Source of the DNA: Betaproteobacteria bacterium
GTDB taxonomy: Bacteria > Pseudomonadota > Gammaproteobacteria > Burkholderiales > SG8-39
DNA: 57,490 bases
Assembly (NCBI GenBank): GCA_022340705.1
Contig: JAJDNJ010000065.1
Span: 1 to 57,490 of the forward strand
Direction of reading: 5' to 3'
Below are positions 32,801-39,912 of this stretch, one piece after another. Numbering within the stretch: the stretch's first letter is position 1; every line of letters begins with the position of its first letter. Both the position numbers and the translations under genes were made by a program. Under the pieces are notes generated by a model. The model did not search any database. It saw only the letters and a program-made list of their open reading frames with translations, and had not been told where the DNA came from.

Positions 32801-35116
32801 GTAGCTGTCGTCGATCGCGCGGAAAGCGCGGCCGATCGCGGTCTTCGCCATCTGCATGCGGCTGCGGTAGTAGGCGTACCAGTTGGCGAAGTTGGTCATC
32901 TCCTCGGCGTAGGTACACCTCGATGCCGCGCAGTCGGTACGCGCCGAGTAGCGGTTGTAGGTGGCGGGAACGCCGCCCGTGACCTGGAAGCTCAGGGCCT
33001 TGCCGGATTCCTTCGAACCGTTGTTCAGCAGGTCGCCGTTGGTGTAGATGCTGGCATCGTGGTATCCGATGTAGACCAGGCCGGGTCCCGCGTTGTCGAC
33101 CCGCACGACATAGGCCTGATTGTCGTTTAGCGTCACCGGCGTGGCGAGGGTGATCGTCTGCCAGCCGAAGCCCAGGCCGAGGTTGTCGCTCGAGATCGTT
33201 CCGCTCGCGATCGCCGGCGAGCTCCAGTTGTTCGCCAGCGAGATCGTGATGGTCTGGCCCGGTGTCGCCGCCGGATCGCGGTACATGACGACCGCAATCC
33301 GGTCGACGTTGTAGGTCGCGGTCGCGCTGTTGTGCTTGAACTCCTGGCCCCAGCTCTGGCCGAGCTTGACTTCCTCTTTCGACAGCAGGCCGAAGGACGG
33401 CTGGTACGACTCCGACTCGCCGATGCCGACGAAGGGCACGATGTTGATGCGCTCGAAGTCACCCGTCGCGGTGCGGCCCGCATTCGCGTCCTGGCCGCCG
33501 GTGAAGCTGGTGGTGGTGTTTTCGACGTCGCCCGAGCTCGCGCCGCCGGAAAGCGACTTGCCCGTGACGTTGACGATGCCCTGTTCGGTGACGGTGAGCG
33601 GCTGGCCGTTCAGCTCGCCGCCGGTGCCCGCCGGGGCGATGACGGTGATGTTGCTCCCACCGCTGGAGGTGGTCGCCGAGTAGCCGTGCGAGGCGGTGCC
33701 GGAGTTGATCGCCGCGGCGACCGCGCTGCCCATCCAGTTGTCCCGTCCGCTCTGGCTGCTCTGCGTACAGCCGGTCCCCCAGCTGCAGGTAATGGTCGTG
33801 CCGAGGATCTCGGTGGTGCCGATCTTGACGCTCGTGACCTTGTCGCTGTTGCGGTCGGCGTCCAAGATGTCGAAGTTCACCGTCGCCGCGGAGACCGGCG
33901 TGCCGGGCGCAACCACCGATACGGTGTAGCCGTTGTAGACCGAAGTCTGCGTGTTCGACGTGATCGTGACGACGTTGTTCGACGCGCTCGCCGTGAAGTC
34001 CGCGCTCTGGGGCCCGGCATTGATCGCGCCGGCGATCGCGGTCGCGGCAGCGCTCGCGCTGATCGGCCCGCCGAAGTTGAGCGGCGAGGCGATCGCGGGC
34101 TGGCCGTTGATCAGGATGTTCTGAACCGTCCCGCTGTATCCGTCGCTCTGCGGGTTCCTGATCGTGATCGTCGCCGTCGCATAGGCGCCCGGTTGGGCGC
34201 CACCGGTCACGATACCGGTGTACTTCGGCCGCACGTAGCTCCCGGTCAGCTTGCCCTGGCAGTTGGCGAGCGTCGTGTCGCTGCAAAAGCGCAGCGGCGC
34301 CGGCACCGAATAGGTGGCGTTCTGCGTCCCGCTGCAGTTGGTGAGCGTCGCGTCGGTGCACCACTCGGTCGGGTGCAGGATGTAGTAGTACGGTGCGCCG
34401 TAGACGTACTTGATGTTGTTGCTGCCGTCGCGCCCGTAGCCGAAGTTTTGGTTCGGGTAGCTGTACTGGCTGTTCAAGCGGCACTTGCTCGGATAGTTCG
34501 CCGTGTTTTTATGATCGTCGCCCTTGGCGGTACAGAACGCGCGGTCGGGCCATTTCGTGGTCAGGTCCGTGGTGGTCTCGGCATTGCCGCCGTTGTTCAT
34601 CGCCATGATGCTGACGCGGAAGGTGTTCTTGCCGGGCGAGCTCACGTTGTCGGTCGGTACCTTGGTCCAGTTCGAGGTCGCCACCGCATCCATGTTCGGC
34701 CGCGACGTGCCGTCGTAGTTGACCGCCGGGAGGTAGCGGATCTGGGGGTTGTAATACTGATAGTTGACCTGTGACGACATCATCGGCGGGTCGCCGACCT
34801 CGCAGTCGAGCAGGTTGGCATCGACGTCGCCGTCGCTGTCCTTGCTGTCGAAGCACAGCTCCTCGGCACTGCCGAACAGGCTTCCCAGGTAATCCGGCGT
34901 GTACTGCTCGCGCATCGAGCCCGAATCGTCGAGGATCATGACGACGTTCGGCTTGATGTTGGTCGCCGGCTGGGCAAGCGGCTCGTCCGAGATGTCGGTC
35001 ACCTGCGCGAGCGCCGCGGGCGCGGCGAGCGCCAGCGCGACCAGCGCTGCGCAGCCGTGCAGCCGGAGGGAGAAGGGACGTTTGAGCGTGCTCATGGGGA
35101 GAGTCTCCGAAGTCAC
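29846..35116 (-). CDS. pilY1: type IV pilus tip-associated adhesin PilY1 (very large variant)
   Basis: The ORF is 1756 aa. The probable start is ATG 35095 (MSTLKRPF..., signal peptide ...APAALAQV). The vWA MIDAS start is KPNVVMILDDSGSM (34913-34930). The PilY1 block is NFANWYAYYRSRMQMAKTA...GSTPLREAL. The C-terminal beta-propeller region contains LGDIVNAQPAYV, WAFIPSMV, YYALDISDPDNPKGLWEF and GYLYLLDAQTG. Confidence 0.9.
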   Translation of the reverse strand: MTSETLPMSTLKRPFSLRLHGCAALVALALAAPAALAQVTDISDEPLAQPATNIKPNVVMILDDSGSMREQYTPDYLGSLFGSAEELCFDSKDSDGDVDANLLDCEVGDPPMMSSQVNYQYYNPQIRYLPAVNYDGTSRPNMDAVATSNWTKVPTDNVSSPGKNTFRVSIMAMNNGGNAETTTDLTTKWPDRAFCTAKGDDHKNTANYPSKCRLNSQYSYPNQNFGYGRDGSNNIKYVYGAPYYYILHPTEWCTDATLTNCSGTQNATYSVPAPLRFCSDTTLANCQGKLTGSYVRPKYTGIVTGGAQPGAYATATITIRNPQSDGYSGTVQNILINGQPAIASPLNFGGPISASAAATAIAGAINAGPQSADFTASASNNVVTITSNTQTSVYNGYTVSVVAPGTPVSAATVNFDILDADRNSDKVTSVKIGTTEILGTTITCSWGTGCTQSSQSGRDNWMGSAVAAAINSGTASHGYSATTSSGGSNITVIAPAGTGGELNGQPLTVTEQGIVNVTGKSLSGGASSGDVENTTTSFTGGQDANAGRTATGDFERINIVPFVGIGESESYQPSFGLLSKEEVKLGQSWGQEFKHNSATATYNVDRIAVVMYRDPAATPGQTITISLANNWSSPAIASGTISSDNLGLGFGWQTITLATPVTLNDNQAYVVRVDNAGPGLVYIGYHDASIYTNGDLLNNGSKESGKALSFQVTGGVPATYNRYSARTDCAASRCTYAEEMTNFANWYAYYRSRMQMAKTAIGRAFRAIDDSYRIGFITINPGSPVQADRYVKVDNFDTTQRQTWYTHLYDQEDHGSTPLREALSRVGRYFAGVTSGINSGMDGSPITASCQPNYSILTTDGYWNGNAGQDLSGGSIGNQDNVDAGYSTRAVGAYDGGGGKASNTLADVAMYYYKNDLRTDLDDFSPTTQNDSAPHQHMVTYTVGLGLAGLLNYDPNYQTQTTGDFVAIKQGTKDWPVPSADSESALDDLWHAAVNARGTFFSTRDPVTLTNGIIEALSAVQKRVGAGAAAATSNLQPVAGDNFAFTAQYQTVSWTGDLKARTIDLASGIVASRELWSAALLLDQRSHTDRHLYMFDGSDNNPPTSGNGNLLKAFCWPGASGTGLYPGCDAAEGELSAAEMAWFDPTLLTQYGGWTTDGSGRDTFVSAQKLVDFLRGDQANETTGGAAPTDLFRNRESLLGDIVNAQPAYVKASPFFYNIGANAGKDPYYQEYKQTTDGTVSTRKGTVFGAANDGMLHAFETDPDNNPYYQTGGIATTQTSDDTFTGTLNTSPDVGEGSERWAFIPSMVGPGLKNLAETPLLFIHKYYTDGTPTVGDVCYGHSTASPCSAQTNWHTILVAGLNAGGRGYYALDISDPDNPKGLWEFKGGNLADPTTCGLSDAAIVGYTSDCNLGFSFGTPVIAKRKVDGKWVVIVTSGHNNVNPGDGKGYLYLLDAQTGAILQRIGTGVGCDGISTTAPCALGTPDPSGLNKLNAWVDDAAFDNTALTVYAGDLKGNLWRFQLDPSEAGYGTAYKLTTLLDPTNNPQPITTKPELGEISNYRVVFIGTGKLLGTTDLTTTQQQTIWAIRDDLTSDAIDLRGGDLVQQTLSPNNNPGGDPATERTTTANPVDFNTKKGWFVDLPDAGERVNVDPVLQLGTLAIPSNNPTSDACVAGGYGWINFLDFRTGAYVPGATANTASNRIAASLIVGINVVQLPGGEVKTIVTTADNQQLTEATPVNPPSIEGKRVSWRELIVQ
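33626..34180 (-). repeat. two tandem ~85-aa protein repeats inside PilY1
   Basis: Residues about 313-397 and 413-497 of the ORF share a layout. Each has a beta-strand-like segment (ITIRNPQSDGYSGTVQNILINGQ / FDILDADRNSDKVTSVKIGTTEILG). This is followed by A-x-AI-x-x-AIN-x-G...[FY][ST]A[ST]-x-S-x-x-N-[IV]T[IV] (AAATAIAGAINAGPQSADFTASASNNVVTITS / GSAVAAAINSGTASHGYSATTSSGGSNITVIA). Confidence 0.55.
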
Positions 35117-35120
35117 TGCT

Positions 35121-35729
35121 TTAGTACACGACGGCCTGCACGTAACTCACTGTGTTGCGCGGGCCGATCACGCGTACCGTGATGCGGTAAAAAGTCTGAC
35201 CGGGCGTGCTGATCGCCATCGTGCCGAACGCGGCGGCGCCCTTGCTGCTGCTCGCCGTGCTGCCGGTCGTACTGGTCACCCGGATGCAGGTGGTCGACGC
35301 GGGGTCGCCGGGCGCGTTGCACATGCGATGAATGACATAGCTCACCTGGTTGCCGGCGGCGTCGGCGGCGAGCGCCACCGAGTTCGTCGACCAGTCGAAA
35401 TCGTTGGTGTTGTCGGCGTCGCCCTTGGTGAAGTCGAGCCCTTCCTGCCAGGTGGAGAAGTAGCCGCCGCCGTTGGTCACCGCGGGCTTGTCCCCTTGGA
35501 GCAGGTCGGATGAGGTGGTCGTCAGCCAATTGCGCGCGGCCTCGATGCCGGAGTCGGCGGCCATCGTCGCGCCCGATTTGAACGCGAGGTTGTTGGCGAT
35601 CATCGCGCCGGTGTCGACCCCGCGCATCATCGCAAGGCCGGCGAGCGACATCGCCACCAGCACGATGAGCGCGATGAACAGCACCGCGCCGCGCTGTGCG
35701 CGCCGCAGGGTGGTCGCGGCCGATCTCAT
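35121..35729 (-). CDS. pilX: type IV pilus minor pilin/assembly protein PilX
   Basis: RRAQRGAVLFIALIVLVAMSLAGLAMMRGVDTGAMIANNLAF is the PilX N-terminal family signature. It has an ATGA overlap with pilW. Confidence 0.8.
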   Translation of the reverse strand: MRSAATTLRRAQRGAVLFIALIVLVAMSLAGLAMMRGVDTGAMIANNLAFKSGATMAADSGIEAARNWLTTTSSDLLQGDKPAVTNGGGYFSTWQEGLDFTKGDADNTNDFDWSTNSVALAADAAGNQVSYVIHRMCNAPGDPASTTCIRVTSTTGSTASSSKGAAAFGTMAISTPGQTFYRITVRVIGPRNTVSYVQAVVY

Positions 35730-36853
35730 GAATACCTCCAGATGATGTTGCGCACCGGCACCGTGGTCTCGAAGACGCGGTAGCGGTAGCAGCGCGCCTG
35801 GTTCGTGACGTCGGTGAAATCGGTCCAGTTGAAGGTCGCGGTCTGCGGCGTGCCGACGGGGTTCTCGTAGGTGTAGGTCGGCGCGGTGGTGGTCGCGTCG
35901 CAGTTCGCGCCCGTGGGCCGTTCGTAGTTGCCGATCCGCGCGACGACCATGATGCGCACCGACAGCACCCGCATCCAGTCGTCGCCGGTGGTCGGCTTGA
36001 TGTTGTCGTAGACGTCGACCACGCCGTCCGCGGTCGCCGTGGTGTCCTTGCCGTAGAGCGCGCGCATGTCAACGATACCGTCGACCAGGTCGAGGTTGGC
36101 GGTCGGGCCCGCAGCGCCCGGCGCGAAGTAGACCTCGTTCACACGCAGCGAGTCGTTTACGATCTGATAGCTGCGCACGATCGGGTTGCCGAGGTTGAGC
36201 GCCGAATCGTTCTTCTTGTAGGCGGGGAAGAGGCCCGCGCCCGGCGGGTTGTAGGGCGCGGTGACGCCCGGGTTGTGCTGCAGATGGGACGAACCGGCCT
36301 GGATCTGGGTGAGCTGCACCATGGTGCAGCTGATCGGCGGCGTATTGTTAACCAGCAGCACCATATCGTTCTCGTGGAAGCCCGAGGTGCCGTCGACGGT
36401 CAGCTCGCTCGATGCGTTCGGCATCGTCTTGTCGAGCGTGCCCGGCGTGACGCGCTGCTCGCCGGTCGCGTACATGATCTGGATCTGGTCCGGCGCGCCG
36501 GGGGTCGTCTTGATGACCACGGGGGCGAGCTCGACATCCGGCAGCGAGCCGCCGAGGTTGCCCGAATACTGGCCGTTGTAGTACCAGTTGATGTTGCCGC
36601 ACGCGAGCGCCGCAGCGTTGTTCATGCCGTAGCCGGCCATGCGGATCTCGCGCTCGAGCGTGAACAGCGCAACGTTGCCGTTGGTCTGCGCGCCGCCCGC
36701 GCCGAGCGTCGCCTTGTTGAACTGGTCGCTCGTCAGGTAGGCCTGACTCATGATCAGGATGCCGATCATCCCGATCGCGACCGCGACCAGCACTTCGATC
36801 AGGCTCATGCCGCGCTGCGCGCGGCGCATGGCGATAGTCATGGCAGTTCTCAT
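35726..36853 (-). CDS. pilW: type IV pilus minor pilin PilW
   Basis: Track ORF trimmed to ATG 36853, an ATGA overlap with the pilV stop. The prepilin-type N-terminus is RRAQRGMSLIEVLVAVAIGMIGILIM. The size of 376 aa and its position match PilW. Confidence 0.85.
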   Translation of the reverse strand: MRTAMTIAMRRAQRGMSLIEVLVAVAIGMIGILIMSQAYLTSDQFNKATLGAGGAQTNGNVALFTLEREIRMAGYGMNNAAALACGNINWYYNGQYSGNLGGSLPDVELAPVVIKTTPGAPDQIQIMYATGEQRVTPGTLDKTMPNASSELTVDGTSGFHENDMVLLVNNTPPISCTMVQLTQIQAGSSHLQHNPGVTAPYNPPGAGLFPAYKKNDSALNLGNPIVRSYQIVNDSLRVNEVYFAPGAAGPTANLDLVDGIVDMRALYGKDTTATADGVVDVYDNIKPTTGDDWMRVLSVRIMVVARIGNYERPTGANCDATTTAPTYTYENPVGTPQTATFNWTDFTDVTNQARCYRYRVFETTVPVRNIIWRYS

Positions 36854-37284
36854 CCGGGACCGTTGATCTGAGCGATGACGACGTAGCTGCTGGCGTCGGC
36901 CGCGGCCTCGCCGGGACGCAGCCAGCGCAGGGTGACGGTGACCTGGTTGGTGGCGGTCACCACGATCGACGGCGCGTTCGCGCCGGTCGCCTGCGGCAGG
37001 CGCTGCTGAACGAGGTTCGTCCAGGCCGTAAGCCGGGAGTTGCCGGCGCCGCCGTCGGTGTACTGGGCGAGGTTGTCGCGGTCGACCCACATCGTGCCGA
37101 CGATCTGGTTGGCGAGGTAGGAGGCCTCCGCGCGGTACTTGGCCTCGACCGTGTTGCGCATGCCGATGGCCTGCATGCCGAGCATCGCCAGGATGCCGAT
37201 CGAGAAGATCAGGATCCCGATCAGGACCTCGAGCAGCATCACGCCGCCTTGTCGGCGTCTGCTGGGTGCTTGCATTTTTCTCAT
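36850..37284 (-). CDS. pilV: type IV pilus modification protein/minor pilin PilV
   Basis: Trimmed to ATG 37284, preceded by GGAGGA. Blocks are RRRQGGVMLLEVLIGILIFSIGILAMLGMQ and the PilV-typical EAKYRAEASYLANQI. 145 aa. Confidence 0.85.
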   Translation of the reverse strand: MRKMQAPSRRRQGGVMLLEVLIGILIFSIGILAMLGMQAIGMRNTVEAKYRAEASYLANQIVGTMWVDRDNLAQYTDGGAGNSRLTAWTNLVQQRLPQATGANAPSIVVTATNQVTVTLRWLRPGEAAADASSYVVIAQINGPG

Positions 37285-37301
37285 GGCGTTCCTCCGGCTC
37301 C

Positions 37302-37940
37302 TCAGCAGGCGCGCGGTTCGATCGCGGGCGGCACCGGCGCGGCGACCTTCGGGTCGCACATGCGCGCCTCTCCGCCCGGCGCGATCACCACGCGCAGGCA
37401 GCGCATCGTGCCGTTCGTCGCGTCGAGGTGCTCGCAGGTCCCGGTGCTGTTGGAAAAGTCGATCTGGGTGATGCCGGCGCCGGAGAGCCGCCCCAGCCCG
37501 GTGAAGGTCGCGGTCGTCCCGCCGGTGGTCGCGATCGTCACGTTGCGCGTGCCTTCGGTGGCCGAGCGCTTCTCGACGATCTGCGCCAGGGTGCCCATGT
37601 CGCCCGCCTCGGCCTCGCAGTTGCCCGCCGGGTCGGCGAGGCTCACCACCCAGGCAAGCGAGGTGGTCGACAGCGCGCAGCCCGCGGTGAGGTCGCTGAC
37701 GAACTGGAAGCGCACCGCCTGGTTGCGGCGGATCGCCTCGGCGCGCGCGGTGTTCAGCCCCTGCATCACGGTCTGCGCCGCGTTCTTGATCTGCTGGTTC
37801 TGCAGGAAGATGGTGAACGCGGGCACCGCGACGAAGAGCACGATCGCGACGATCGCGAGCCCGACCATCAGCTCGATGATCGTCATGCCGCGCTCGGCGG
37901 CACGCCCCCGGGCTCTGCGCGGCAGGCGGCTGGTCAGCAC
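37302..37940 (-). CDS. fimT: GspH/FimT-family minor pilin (FimT/FimU-like)
   Basis: Trimmed to GTG 37940 so that the prepilin leader is retained: ...RAAERG|MTIIELMVGLAIVAIVLFVAVPAF. This is followed by NAAQTVMQGLNTARAEAIRRNQAV, typical of FimT/GspH. Confidence 0.8.
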   Translation of the reverse strand: MLTSRLPRRARGRAAERGMTIIELMVGLAIVAIVLFVAVPAFTIFLQNQQIKNAAQTVMQGLNTARAEAIRRNQAVRFQFVSDLTAGCALSTTSLAWVVSLADPAGNCEAEAGDMGTLAQIVEKRSATEGTRNVTIATTGGTTATFTGLGRLSGAGITQIDFSNSTGTCEHLDATNGTMRCLRVVIAPGGEARMCDPKVAAPVPPAIEPRAC

Positions 37941-38368
37941 GACTCGCCTTTCTTCGTCACCCAGCAGGTGCCCGAGTTGTTCCAGCCCGGCAGGCTGGTG
38001 AACGTCGAGGTGCGCACATTCGACTGGTTGATCGTGTACGCGAAGCCGTTCATGCCCTCGCTCGTCACGCCGGTCGCGGTGCAGCGGAAGGCGTTCGCCG
38101 CGACCGCGCCGCCGGCGCCGTCGTCGCAGGCGTAGGTGAAGTAGCGCGTGCCCGGCGTGGCCGTGTTGAAGCCGACGTAGGTCCGGTTGTCGCCGTAGAA
38201 CTTTTCGGCGCGCAGGCGCAGGTCGGTGAGCGTCGAGGTCGCCTCGCTGATCTTGCCGCGCAGGATGTAGTCGCGGTACGAGGGCAGCGCGATCGCGACG
38301 AGGATCGCGATGATCGCCACCACGATCAGAATCTCGATGATGGTAAAGCCTCTTTGCGCGTGTCTCAT
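37934..38368 (-). CDS. pilE: type IV pilin PilE-like (first gene of minor-pilin operon)
   Basis: MRHAQRG|FTIIEILIVVAIIAILVAIALPSYRDYILRGKISEA, with C-terminal cysteines. It is 144 aa and AGGAAGG lies upstream of the ATG. Confidence 0.85.
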   Translation of the reverse strand: MRHAQRGFTIIEILIVVAIIAILVAIALPSYRDYILRGKISEATSTLTDLRLRAEKFYGDNRTYVGFNTATPGTRYFTYACDDGAGGAVAANAFRCTATGVTSEGMNGFAYTINQSNVRTSTFTSLPGWNNSGTCWVTKKGESC

Positions 38369-38397
38369 GGAAGCCTTCCTGTTCGAAGCGTTCGTCT

Positions 38398-38450
38398 GGA
38401 TCCACTGTTGCGTGATGTGGATCCTAGGCTGTCGCCGCAGGGAGTCGCAA
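38398..38450 (-). promoter_or_regulatory. candidate pilE-operon promoter overlapped by a perfect 8-bp inverted repeat (operator candidate)
   Basis: On the minus strand: TTGCGA (38450-38445), an 18-nt spacer, then TAGGAT (38426-38421). The inverted repeat is GGATCCAC (38398-38405), 11 nt, GTGGATCC (38417-38424). It spans the -10 and the predicted transcription start, 30-56 nt upstream of the pilE ATG. Confidence 0.35.
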
Positions 38451-38560
38451 TTGGAGGGCGACCAACGGCAGCTATCGCCGTTCGAGCGGCGCGCCGGAAA
38501 ATGTCAGATAGGAAGTAGTTCACGCGCCCGCTCGCCGGCGTCGCGCCAGAAAGGAACTTG

Positions 38561-38590
38561 TTCACGCCGCTGCGCAAGCGCGGCTATAAT
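38561..38590 (+). promoter_or_regulatory. candidate sigma70 promoter of tRNA-Thr
   Basis: TTCACG (38561-38566), an 18-nt spacer, then a perfect TATAAT (38585-38590). It sits 17 nt before the mature tRNA 5' end. Confidence 0.5.
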
Positions 38591-38606
38591 CCGCCTGCAA
38601 CCGTGC

Positions 38607-38682
<76 letters not shown>

Positions 38683-38734
38683 CATCCTTCACCAACCGAA
38701 CGCATCCCGAGCGAACTGCCCGATTGGGTCCGAC

Positions 38735-39109
38735 ATGGCCGCGCGCATCCTGGTGGTCGACGACGATCGCAGTCTTCGCGACCTGCTCGGCATGCATCTC
38801 CGGTCGGCGGGCTACGAGGTCGAGCTCGCCGAGGACGCGATCGAGGCCGGCTACAAGGTGCTCGAGCGCGCGCCCGACCTGATCGTCTGCGATGTCAACA
38901 TGCCGTACATGGACGGCTTCGAGTTCGTCGGCGCGTTGAAGGGCGACACGACGCTGCCCTATATTCCGGTGATCTTCCTCACGTCGCGCGAGGACGGCGA
39001 TTTGCGCGGCAATGAGCTCGGCGCGGTGGCCTATCTGGTCAAGCCGGTGCGCGTGGACAGCCTGCTGCAGGTGGTCGCCCGGCATCTGCCGGGCGGGGAA
39101 TCAGCCTGA
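38735..39109 (+). CDS. single-domain response regulator (CheY-like receiver)
   Basis: 124 aa with the acidic pocket VVDDD and the phospho-acceptor in LIVCDVNMP. The conserved Thr/Ser is in FLTS and the Lys in LVKP. There is no output domain. Confidence 0.9.
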   Translation: MAARILVVDDDRSLRDLLGMHLRSAGYEVELAEDAIEAGYKVLERAPDLIVCDVNMPYMDGFEFVGALKGDTTLPYIPVIFLTSREDGDLRGNELGAVAYLVKPVRVDSLLQVVARHLPGGESA

Positions 39110-39112
39110 CCC

Positions 39113-39146
39113 AACCCGGACCAGGTCTGCGACCTGATCCGGGTTT
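39113..39146 (+). terminator. long hairpin after response-regulator gene
   Basis: AACCCGGA-C-CAGGTC-tgc-GACCTG-A-TCCGGGTT followed by T, starting 4 nt after the stop at 39109. There is only a short T tract. Confidence 0.45.
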
Positions 39147-39165
39147 CGTCCAATGTCGGGGGATC

Positions 39166-39188
39166 ACAAGGGGGCGGAACCCCCTTGT
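39166..39188. terminator. 9-bp GC hairpin between convergent response-regulator and SPOR genes
   Basis: ACAAGGGGG-cggaa-CCCCCTTGT, 7 nt beyond the SPOR gene stop on the minus strand. It could serve either strand. There is no clear U-run. Confidence 0.4.
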
Positions 39189-39194
39189 TCCTAG

Positions 39195-39908
39195 TTAGCT
39201 TCCCGCCTCGCAGGCGCGCAGTTCGGTGCCGGGAATCCGACTCACCACCGTCTCGAGCTGTTCCTTCTTCGCCGGATCGATCTCGCGCATCTGCAGCCAC
39301 ACCTTGGGCACGCGAGTCTCGCGTGGCCCGACCTCGGCGCTGCGCACCTTCTTCGCTTGCAGCGCGGCGAGGCGCGCGCGTGCCGCGGCTTCGGTGCGGA
39401 ACACGCCGAGCGAGACCGCCCAGCGGTTGGGCCCTTCCTCCTGCACGACGAAATAGTCTTCCACGCCGAGCGCGCGCAGCTCGCGCGTCTTGCGTAGCGC
39501 CCCCGCGCGCCCGTCGCTCTGCGGCGGGATGTACACCCACCAGTTCGCCGTCTCCTCGGTGCGCCGCTCGTGCATCTGCCCGCCGAGGCCGAGCGAGCCG
39601 ACGACCTTCGCCGCGGCCGGCGCATCGGCGAGGGTGAAGCTGCCCCACTCGAGGCAGGCGATCGGCTCAGGGCGTTGCGCCGGCCCCTGTGGCGTCGTGT
39701 CCGGTACGGCGCTTGCCATCGGCGAGGTTTCGGCGGCCCGCTCGGCCGGCGCCGCACGCGGCGCCGGCGAGACGATGCGCAGGCGCTCGGGCGAGATCTC
39801 GCGCTTCAGCGGCCGCGGGTCGATGCCCATCTCCACCGGCTGCATGTAGCGCGCCCAGGCGTAGAAGCCGACGTTTAGCAGGATCAGGAACAGAACCAGT
39901 ACGCGCAT
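39195..39908 (-). CDS. SPOR domain-containing protein
   Basis: N-terminal TM MRVLVLFLILLNVGFYAWA, a Pro/Ala-rich linker, and a C-terminal SPOR-like repeat ([27 protein letters not shown]). It follows birA-coaX as in many Burkholderiales. Confidence 0.8.
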   Translation of the reverse strand: MRVLVLFLILLNVGFYAWARYMQPVEMGIDPRPLKREISPERLRIVSPAPRAAPAERAAETSPMASAVPDTTPQGPAQRPEPIACLEWGSFTLADAPAAAKVVGSLGLGGQMHERRTEETANWWVYIPPQSDGRAGALRKTRELRALGVEDYFVVQEEGPNRWAVSLGVFRTEAAARARLAALQAKKVRSAEVGPRETRVPKVWLQMREIDPAKKEQLETVVSRIPGTELRACEAGS

Positions 39909-39912
39909 GCGC

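Noticed and set aside
29681-33130. 1149-aa plus-strand ORF, the second-longest ORF in the window after pilY1
   Set aside because: It is antisense to pilY1. Its translation is Arg/Ala/Gly/Val/Asp-rich low complexity with no recognisable motif. The minus strand encodes a protein with clear PilY1 blocks. This is the typical stop-codon-poor mirror frame of GC-rich DNA.
38441-38475. Possible sigma54 (GG-N10-GC) promoter for the pilin operon: TTGGTCGCCCTCCAATTGCG on the minus strand
   Set aside because: The GG and GC dinucleotides are separated by 13 nt rather than 10, and TGGCAC is not matched. It is not a credible -24/-12 element.
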